Source of the DNA: a candidate division FCPU426 bacterium
Lineage (GTDB): Bacteria; Oederibacteriota; Muellerivitia; Muellerivitales; Muellerivitaceae
DNA length: 64,000 nt
NCBI GenBank assembly: GCA_963830915.1
Contig: CAWHOE010000054.1
Location: forward strand, 25,907 to 89,906
Direction of reading: 5' to 3'
A program made the position numbers and the translations under genes. Positions 19,426 through 26,630 of this stretch are shown in pieces. How positions within the stretch are numbered: the first letter of the stretch is position 1; every line of letters starts with the position of its first letter. A model generated the notes under the pieces. The model was not told the origin of the DNA. It saw only the letters and a list, made by a program, of their open reading frames with translations, and did no database searches.

Positions 19426-22400
19426 ATGAATTTCAGGCCAGCATCCAATCCAAGCACGTTAAACCAAGTCCTTCAACAACTTCGGTCCCGTGAGGACCTG
19501 AAGGACCGTATCAAGCATATCGAGGTCATCCCGGCCCTTCCGGCCCGGTTCCTGCCCTGGCCCGATCGCCTATCCAAAGACCTCATCCGCCTCCTGGAAA
19601 AGTCCGGCTATGACGCCCTCTGGTCCCACCAGGCCAAAGCCCTGGAGGCCGTCGCCCGGGGTGCCCATGTGGCCGTGACCACCCCGACCGCCTCAGGAAA
19701 GACCCTTTGCTTCAATCTGCCGGTCATGCAGGCGGTCCTGGCCAACCCCAAGGCCCGCGCGCTCTATCTTTACCCCATGAAGGCCCTGGCCCAGGACCAG
19801 TTGAAGACCCTGCAGGAATGGATGGGACGGCTACAGGCCATGAAGCTTCCGCCCTTTTCCGCCGAGATCTACGACGGCGACACGGCGACCGGGGTGAGGG
19901 CCAAGATCCGCAAGAACCCACCCAACATCGTCCTGTCCAACCCCGACATGCTGCACCTGGGCATCCTGGCCTTCCACGATGGCTGGGCGGAATTTTTCAA
20001 GAACCTTCAATACGTGGTCGTGGACGAGGCCCACAGTTACCGGGGCGTCTTCGGCGCTCATGTGGCCCACATCCTCCGCCGCCTCCGTCGGGTCTGCCGC
20101 CATTACGGCTCCGACCCGCAATTCATCACCTGCTCCGCCACTCTGGGCAACCCCGAGGAATTCCTGACCCAGTTGACCGGGCTGAATTTCGAGATCATTT
20201 CCGAATCCGGTTCCCCGCAGAACAAGAAGACCTTCGTGCTCTGGAACCCGGACAGCACCTCGCCCTACACCGAGGCGGTGACGCTGCTCATCGAGTGCCT
20301 CAAGGCGGGGATGAAGACCATCGTCTTCACCAAGGCCCGCAAGATCACCGAACTCATCAGCCTCTGGGTCACCCAGGCCAGGCCCGAATGGGCCGCCCAG
20401 ATCAAAAGCTACAGGGCCGGCTACCTGCCTGAAGAAAGACGGGAGATCGAGGCCATGCTGTTCAAGGACGAGCTCAAGGCTGTCATCTCCACCTCCGCCT
20501 TGGAAGTGGGCATCGACGTGGGGGGGCTGGACGCCTGCATTCTGGTGGGTTATCCGGGCACCATGATCTCCACCTGGCAGAGGGCCGGGCGGGTGGGCCG
20601 GGGCGAAGCGCCCTCGGTGGTCTTTCTGGTGGCCATGGCCGACGCCATGGACCAGTACTGGATGAACCACCCCAAGAATTTCTTCACCATGAAACCAGAA
20701 TCCCTCATGGTGGGTTTCGAGAACGAGAACATCGCCCGGGCGCACCTGCGCTGCGCGGCCTCCGAGGTTCCCCTGACAATGGAACAGGACGGGCCTTTCT
20801 ATGGGGAACTGATGAAAACCCTCCTGCCCGAGATGGTCAAGGACGGCGGGGTCTTGGAAACGGCGGACGGGGGCAAGTGGCTGGTGACGGACAAGAATCC
20901 CCAGAGGGGCATCAGCATCAGGGACATGGGCGAGGGTTACCAGATCATCCGGCAGGACACGGGAGAACTGATCGGCACTATCGACGGCATGAGGGCCTTC
21001 AGGGATTGCCACCCGGGGTCGGTCTACCTTCACCAGGGCGTTCAGTACGTGGTGAAGGACCTGCAGTGGGAACAGCACAAGATACTGGTGCTGGACGAGC
21101 CGGTGGACTATTACACCCAGGTCAATTACGAGGAAGAGACGGAGATACTGGAAGAGATCAAAAGAAGACCGTTAGGAAAGGGAACCGCCAAAGCCGAGGC
21201 CACAAGCCGAGGCGAAAGCCTTGGCGGTGCCAGGGCAAATATAGGCCCTGGTAGCGGACAGTGTTCTATCAAGTGGGGCAGGGTCAAGATCACCCAGCGC
21301 TTCATCAATTACGAGGTCCACCGCATCGTGGACCGGTCCCTGGTCTCCACCTACGCCCTCACCCTGCCGCCCCTGACCTTTGAGACTCGGGCCCTCTGGA
21401 TGGTCCTGCCCGACTATCTCCAGCGCCAGATGGCGGACAAAAAGATCCACTTCATGGGCGGCCTGCACGCGGCGGAACACGGCACCATCGCCATGATGCC
21501 CCTGCACGTGGTCTGCGACCGGTGGGACCTGGGCGGTATTTCCACGCCGGCCCATCCCCAGGTGCCCCAGCCGGTCATCTTCATCTACGACGGCTATCCG
21601 GGCGGGGTGGGGTTGTCCGAGCGGGCCTATGAGACCATGGAAGAGCTTTTGACCACCACCTACGAGCTTGTGCGGGATTGCGAGTGCGAGGAAGGCTGTC
21701 CTTCCTGCGTGCAAAGCCCCAAGTGCGGGAGCGGCAATCACCCGTTGGATAAAAAGGGCGCTTTGCTTATCCTGGGGCACATCCTGGGCCGATCGGATTT
21801 CAAACCCCAGACGGTCCGGTCCCCAATCCTGAACGAGGAGCCCCAACCCATGGCCGAGGAAAAACCCCAAGTTAAGCCGGTCCGACTGACCGAGTCCGCC
21901 AAGCCCCAGGCGGGGCCCAAGGTCAAGGCCGATCCGCCCCCGGACAAAACCGGCCCGGTCGTGTTCGACATCGAGACCCAGTACCTGGCGGCGGAGATCC
22001 AGGGGGGGTGGAACAACCTGCCCGGCATGCTCCTGTCCTGCGCGGTGGTCTATGACGTGGAGAAGGAAAAGTACTACACCTACGTCGAGGAAACGGTCCA
22101 GGACCTCATCCGCCACCTGCGGGCCTCCACCCAGGTCATCGGGTTCAACAGCCTGAGGTTCGATTACGGCGTCCTGCAGGGCTATACCTCCTTCCCCCTG
22201 AAAAGCCTGCCCACCCTGGACCTGATGCTGGAGATCCAGAAAAAGCTCAATCACCGCCTGTCCCTGGCCCACCTGGCCCAGCACACCCTGGGCGGGGCGG
22301 AAAAGTCCGCCGACGGCCTTTTGGCGGTCCAATGGTGGCGGGAAGGGAAGTACGACCAGGTCATCGACTATTGCCGGATGGACGTGAAATTGACCCACGA

Positions 22401-22488
22401 CCTATGGAAGTTCGGCAAGGACAAGGGCCATGTGCTGTTCCAGCACAAGCAGTCGGGCGAGATCGTGAAGTGCCCGGTAGCCTGGTAA
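19426..22488 (+). CDS. DEAH-box helicase with DUF1998 (MrfA/YprA/Hrq1-like) fused to a C-terminal DEDD exonuclease (MrfB/YprB-like)
   Basis: TPTASGKT, YPMKALAQDQ, DEAH, SAT, QRAGR.GR, YDGYPGG.G, C.C..GCPSC..SPKC; C-terminal FDIET, GFN..RFD, YC..D. Confidence 0.92.
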   Translation: MNFRPASNPSTLNQVLQQLRSREDLKDRIKHIEVIPALPARFLPWPDRLSKDLIRLLEKSGYDALWSHQAKALEAVARGAHVAVTTPTASGKTLCFNLPVMQAVLANPKARALYLYPMKALAQDQLKTLQEWMGRLQAMKLPPFSAEIYDGDTATGVRAKIRKNPPNIVLSNPDMLHLGILAFHDGWAEFFKNLQYVVVDEAHSYRGVFGAHVAHILRRLRRVCRHYGSDPQFITCSATLGNPEEFLTQLTGLNFEIISESGSPQNKKTFVLWNPDSTSPYTEAVTLLIECLKAGMKTIVFTKARKITELISLWVTQARPEWAAQIKSYRAGYLPEERREIEAMLFKDELKAVISTSALEVGIDVGGLDACILVGYPGTMISTWQRAGRVGRGEAPSVVFLVAMADAMDQYWMNHPKNFFTMKPESLMVGFENENIARAHLRCAASEVPLTMEQDGPFYGELMKTLLPEMVKDGGVLETADGGKWLVTDKNPQRGISIRDMGEGYQIIRQDTGELIGTIDGMRAFRDCHPGSVYLHQGVQYVVKDLQWEQHKILVLDEPVDYYTQVNYEEETEILEEIKRRPLGKGTAKAEATSRGESLGGARANIGPGSGQCSIKWGRVKITQRFINYEVHRIVDRSLVSTYALTLPPLTFETRALWMVLPDYLQRQMADKKIHFMGGLHAAEHGTIAMMPLHVVCDRWDLGGISTPAHPQVPQPVIFIYDGYPGGVGLSERAYETMEELLTTTYELVRDCECEEGCPSCVQSPKCGSGNHPLDKKGALLILGHILGRSDFKPQTVRSPILNEEPQPMAEEKPQVKPVRLTESAKPQAGPKVKADPPPDKTGPVVFDIETQYLAAEIQGGWNNLPGMLLSCAVVYDVEKEKYYTYVEETVQDLIRHLRASTQVIGFNSLRFDYGVLQGYTSFPLKSLPTLDLMLEIQKKLNHRLSLAHLAQHTLGGAEKSADGLLAVQWWREGKYDQVIDYCRMDVKLTHDLWKFGKDKGHVLFQHKQSGEIVKCPVAW
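21193..21252 (+). repeat. Two-hairpin palindromic element inserted in-frame in the helicase gene
   Basis: GCCGAGGC-GAAA-GCCTTGGC and GCCAGGGC-AAATATAG-GCCCTGGT; first 33 nt match the reverse complement of 22660-22692 and 22965-22997 at 28/33 positions. Confidence 0.8.
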
Positions 22489-22492
22489 TGTC

Positions 22493-22935
22493 GGCACTTA
22501 CCAATTAATTTTCTCAGTTACCACCGGTAATAACGCCACCTACCAATTAATTCCGCTGGCAGATGATCCAATTAATACCACTTGCCAATTTTTTCCGATG
22601 GCCGGAACGCCACTTACCAATTATTTCACCGGGCCTTTGTTCCTCAATGGCCCGGTACAACCAAGGCTTGTGCCTCGGTTTGTGACCTCGGCACAGGTGC
22701 CGGTAACCGGACGACCAATGTCACTGGAAAACACCGCCCGTGCCGGTAATGCCGGTGGCCTCGGAACCTACCTGCCAATTGTTTCCGACGGCCGGAACGC
22801 CACTTACCAATTAATTCCGATGGAGGACAAGCCCAATAAAGCCACCTACCAATTATTTCCGCTAGGAGACGTCCTTAAAAACGCCACCTACCAAATATTT
22901 CCGGTGGGTGGAACGCCACTTGCCAATTAATTCAC
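22493..22935. repeat. Array of nine 21-bp direct repeats, consensus GCCACYTRCCAATTAWTTCCG
   Basis: Copies start at 22493, 22535, 22577, 22609, 22767, 22799, 22841, 22883, 22915 (intervals 42,42,32,158,32,42,42,32). Confidence 0.92.
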
Positions 22936-23018
22936 CGGGCCTTTATACCAAATGGCCCGGTACAACCAAGGCTTGTGCCTCGGTTTGTGACCTCGGCACA
23001 GGTGCCGGTAACCGGACG
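22604..23018. repeat. ~110-bp direct repeat pair (22604-22713 and 22910-23018)
   Basis: Near-identical copies differing mainly in one hairpin loop; each contains a 21-mer plus the two-hairpin element. Confidence 0.92.
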
Positions 23019-23034
23019 GCCGTTTTCCTCAGGT

Positions 23035-23244
23035 TGTCATTGCGAGGAATGCCCCGCGAATAGCGGGGCGGTTATGACGTGGCAAGCCCAGTTTAAATAA
23101 GCCTTTAAAACAAAAGCGAAAAGCGACTGAGATAGCCATGCCGACCTTCCATAAACCAATCAAAGGGGTCGGTATAGTCCCGAATTCCTATCAATTTTTA
23201 TATGTAATCGGGACACGCCGCATAATTCGCGGCTCGCAATGACA
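23035..23244. repeat. Palindromic REP/RPE-like element with 12-bp terminal inverted repeats
   Basis: TGTCATTGCGAG ... CTCGCAATGACA; inner arms GACGTGGCAAGCCCAGT / ACTGAGATAGCCATGCC; nested hairpins. Confidence 0.8.
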
Positions 23245-23457
23245 GTTATATAAAACTAAACGTTAAATTATTGGCAGGTCAAAAAAACACTGAAACCGTT
23301 TTTAGACCGACCCCGAAATAGAAAAAGCCACTTTGGTTTTGCTTGCCAATTTTTTATTCGATTCGAATAATATTTACCAAGTTTCGGCAAGGTCTCGAGG
23401 AACCAGGCTGGTTATAAGAACTGGTTAAATAAAGAATCAATATATTTGAGGTTGAAT

Positions 23458-24693
23458 ATGAATAAGAAATCTAAGACAGAACCAAAAACAAAATCTTTAC
23501 TTAGCGGCTACGACGGGCTTTTGAGGGAAGTATCTGGCTACCTGGCAGATGCCCGGCGAGCCTCCGCCAGAGCCGTGAATTCGGTCATAACGACGACCTA
23601 TTGGATGGTGGGACGTCGGATCGTGGAATTTGAGCAAGGGGGCAGTGACCGGGCAACATACGGTGACCTCTTGTTAAAGAGGCTTTCGGAGGATTTAACA
23701 GCAAGATTAGGCAAGGGATTTGGGTTGAGTAATCTTAAGCAAATAAAGAAGTTTTATTTGTTTTACCCTAGTGTCTACGAAAAAGGCCAGACACTGTCTG
23801 GCCTTTTCCCCGAAGGGAGAATGGATAAAAATAAACCAATAATGGGCACCCCAATTACGCAGACACCGTCTGCGCGATTAAAAGAAAATAAGTTTTGCCC
23901 GACACTGTCGGGCAAAACCGAAAGCTTGTCGAAGCCCGCTTCTTTTCCTGTTTTTAAAGAAGTTTCCCCCCTGTCCTGGTCCCATTATGTCCGTCTTCTT
24001 TCCGTCGAAAACCCGAAAGCCCGAACGTTCTATGAAACCGAAGCCCTGCGGGGCGGGTGGAGCGTGCGGCAATTGGACCGTCAAATTTCCACTTTGTTCT
24101 ATGAACGCACGGCTATGTCCAAGGACAAATCCTCCATGCTTCGCAAAGGTGGAAGGATCCAGCCGGGAGAGGAAACCAGCCCGGAAGAAGAGTTGAAAGA
24201 TCCTTATATGTTGGAATTCCTTGGCCTCAAAGACGAGTATTCGGAAAACGACATGGAAGAAGCGCTCGTCCGAAACCTGGAAAATTTCCTGATGGAACTG
24301 GGAGGAGATTTCGCTTTTGTGGGCCGCCAGAAGAGGTTGAGGGTCGGGAATGAGTGGTATCGGGTGGACCTGGTTTTTTTCCATCGCAAACTTCGTTGCC
24401 TGGTGGTGATCGACCTGAAGATTGGTAAATTCACCCACGCCGACGCGGGTCAAATGCACATGTACCTGAATTACGCGCGCGCGCATTGGGTGAGGCAAGG
24501 AGAGAACCCCCCGGTCGGCTTGATCTTGTGCGCCCAAAAGGACGAGGCCGTGGCCCAATACGCACTGGAGGGATTACCGAACAAGGTGATGGCGGCGGAG
24601 TACCGGATGGTCTTGCCGGATGAGGATACTTTGGCGGGCGAGATCATGAAGACTCAACGGCTTATGGAAAAGCAGGGACTATATCAGGCTTAG
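23458..24693 (+). CDS. DUF1016/YhcG-family PD-(D/E)XK nuclease
   Basis: YW.VGR.I, A.YG..L...LS..L, LSWSHY, WSVR.L.RQI, KDPY.LEFL, FL.ELG..F.FV.RQ, DLVF.HR.L, DLK.G, GQM..Y; RBS GAGGT. Confidence 0.93.
   Translation: MNKKSKTEPKTKSLLSGYDGLLREVSGYLADARRASARAVNSVITTTYWMVGRRIVEFEQGGSDRATYGDLLLKRLSEDLTARLGKGFGLSNLKQIKKFYLFYPSVYEKGQTLSGLFPEGRMDKNKPIMGTPITQTPSARLKENKFCPTLSGKTESLSKPASFPVFKEVSPLSWSHYVRLLSVENPKARTFYETEALRGGWSVRQLDRQISTLFYERTAMSKDKSSMLRKGGRIQPGEETSPEEELKDPYMLEFLGLKDEYSENDMEEALVRNLENFLMELGGDFAFVGRQKRLRVGNEWYRVDLVFFHRKLRCLVVIDLKIGKFTHADAGQMHMYLNYARAHWVRQGENPPVGLILCAQKDEAVAQYALEGLPNKVMAAEYRMVLPDEDTLAGEIMKTQRLMEKQGLYQA
23781..23918. repeat. Three intragenic palindromes with common core GACAC(T/C)GTC
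   Basis: AAAAGGCCAGACA-C-TGTCTGGCCTTTT (23781-23807); CGCAGAC-ACC-GTCTGCG (23858-23874); GTTTTGCCCGACA-C-TGTCGGGCAAAAC (23892-23918). Confidence 0.93.
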
Positions 24694-24723
24694 CAGGGCA
24701 ACTATATTTGAGGAGGCTCCAAT

Positions 24724-25305
24724 ATGGACGAGAAACAATCCATCAAGAGTTTCTTGAAGGGAATATTAGAACTAGGGGAAATCAAACCCGAGGAACCGAT
24801 CAAGCCGGTCCCAAAGCCTCGCACCGCCGCCCCGGTACCGGCCCGCCCAGCCACTCCGCCGCCCCGTGCGGTCCGTCCAGCGGCTCCCCCGCCCCGCCTG
24901 GCGCCCCAGACCGAGGCCTACAAAAACAGGAAAGCAGGACGAAAAGAACACTACGCCAGTATCGACGGTTTAAAAGAGATCATCGCCTGTATCGATAGCC
25001 ATGGGGAAGTTTCTCCCGCCCAGATAGCCGAGGAGTTGGGCATTGCCCGAAGCAGTCTGACCTATAGCATGAATCGGTTGATGTCAAACTCCCCCGGCGG
25101 GAACAAGAAAAAGGCGAAATTCGATAACCCTTATCTGCTCCCCCACCTTTTGGGCAATAGGCACATTCAGCGATTGGGCGTGGGCCAAACCCTTCGTTAC
25201 AGGCTGGTCGCTATCCCTCCGCCCGTGGCGCCTACCCAGGAGAAACCCCAGGAAAACCTAATCGCAGAGCAAAAAAATGATTACCCCGGTTTTTGGGAGA
25301 TATAG
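24724..25305 (+). CDS. Winged-helix DNA-binding protein with Pro-rich N-terminus
   Basis: II..I...GEVSPAQIAEELGIARSSLTYSMNRL, wing IQRLG.G...RYRL; RBS GAGGAGG. Confidence 0.75.
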   Translation: MDEKQSIKSFLKGILELGEIKPEEPIKPVPKPRTAAPVPARPATPPPRAVRPAAPPPRLAPQTEAYKNRKAGRKEHYASIDGLKEIIACIDSHGEVSPAQIAEELGIARSSLTYSMNRLMSNSPGGNKKKAKFDNPYLLPHLLGNRHIQRLGVGQTLRYRLVAIPPPVAPTQEKPQENLIAEQKNDYPGFWEI

Positions 25306-25469
25306 GACTAAAATAGGACCATTCGAGTCCGACTTTGGGCGGAACTGAAAAAAATCTTCAATTGGCGGAAAGTATTTTTAAATTAAATCCACGACGAGAA
25401 TTCTTCGTGGACAATAAAATTAATATGTTGGTCAGGCACTTTTTTATAGCCGGAAAATTTGGGGTAAAT

Positions 25470-25943
25470 ATGTGGAGAAGCATTAAAAACTTTTTTTCCA
25501 AAAGTAACGATTATATGGAAATTGTTCCTAAGTGGCTGATGATTGGGCCTATTTTTTTCCTAGATTACATTGGGCTATTTGTGAAATGCACATTTTCTAA
25601 TTTACCCGCTTTTTTGAGAGCGCTTATTGAGTTTTCGTTGTTTGCTTCTCCAACAATATTAGTTGCGTTTTTATTTAGAACATTTGAGAAAAAAAGGGGG
25701 AACTTTTCCGGGAAAACAGAAGGGGAAGAGGGTACTTTCTTCGCAGGGGTCCCTAAATGGCTCTGGCCTTTGCCTTTTATTTTGACTCCGTGGTTAGACA
25801 CTTATTTAGTTCACTATTACCCCGATTTGTTTTGGGTAATCAGGGCAATATTTCTAATCGTTGTTCTTTATTTGATGGCTTTTATAAGCGCCATTATTTG
25901 CAAAATAATTCTGCAGATAAAAACAGATGTTAGGAAAAAGTAA
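25470..25943 (+). CDS. AT-rich hypothetical membrane protein with internal duplication
   Basis: Two VPKWL...RA units, about four hydrophobic segments; start uncertain. Confidence 0.55.
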   Translation: MWRSIKNFFSKSNDYMEIVPKWLMIGPIFFLDYIGLFVKCTFSNLPAFLRALIEFSLFASPTILVAFLFRTFEKKRGNFSGKTEGEEGTFFAGVPKWLWPLPFILTPWLDTYLVHYYPDLFWVIRAIFLIVVLYLMAFISAIICKIILQIKTDVRKK

Positions 25944-26113
25944 TATTGAGAAACGAACTTGAATGAAGAAACAACAAAATATACTGGGTCAGGCACACCC
26001 GTCCCGGCGTTGGGCAGGGCCATTAACCATTTATTCTTTGTCCGCGATGGGGACCCGTCCTGGACAAGCAAATGATGTCTTTGGTTGTTAATTCCTAACG
26101 CGAGGTTTCATTA

Positions 26114-26530
26114 ATGCTCAAAAACATTTTTCCCCACAAGAACTCGGTCAGCATCGAACTGCCGGTCATGTCCTACGAGACGGATTTTGTGGGAGTGGTC
26201 AACAACACCGAATTCATCCGCTTCATCGAGCGGGTGCGCTACGCTCTAGGCAAGAAATTCGGCTTCTCCTTCAAACAGGTCCGAAACGCCAAGATGTGGG
26301 TGGTGATGGCCCGGGTAGAGATCAACTACCGCGCCCCGGCGCACTTTGAGGACCTCCTCATCGGCACGGGCTGGGTGGAGAAGGTGGGCAACACATCCAT
26401 GACCCTGTCCTACGAGTTCCGTATGAAGGGAACGGGCCGGCTGATCGTGGACGCCAAGCAAGTGATGGTCTTCATCGACCATAAGTTCAAGCCAACGCCC
26501 ATCCCACTCTCCGTCCGCAAGAAGCTGTAA
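26114..26530 (+). CDS. Acyl-CoA thioesterase (YbgC/FadM hot-dog fold)
   Basis: ETD..GVVNN..F..F.E..R, I.Y..PA.F.D.L. Confidence 0.88.
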   Translation: MLKNIFPHKNSVSIELPVMSYETDFVGVVNNTEFIRFIERVRYALGKKFGFSFKQVRNAKMWVVMARVEINYRAPAHFEDLLIGTGWVEKVGNTSMTLSYEFRMKGTGRLIVDAKQVMVFIDHKFKPTPIPLSVRKKL

Positions 26531-26630
26531 TTATTAAATAAATTGGCCACTTTATTGGGCCAATCCTCTTGTAAATCGGGTCATGGGGAGTTATTTTAAT
26601 TTTCTGATCAAATAGAAATAAGGTTAAAGC

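Noticed and set aside
22598..22930. 110-aa ORF with ATYQL.P repeats
   Set aside because: The 32-bp units put different repeat copies in different frames and there is no RBS, so it is probably a by-product of the DNA array. Not fully excluded.
22493..22935. CRISPR array
   Set aside because: Repeats are only 21 bp and degenerate, spacers are 11 or 21 bp and partly repeated, and no cas genes are adjacent.
25985..26070. GC-rich patch resembling an inverted repeat
   Set aside because: Pairing is too imperfect to call.
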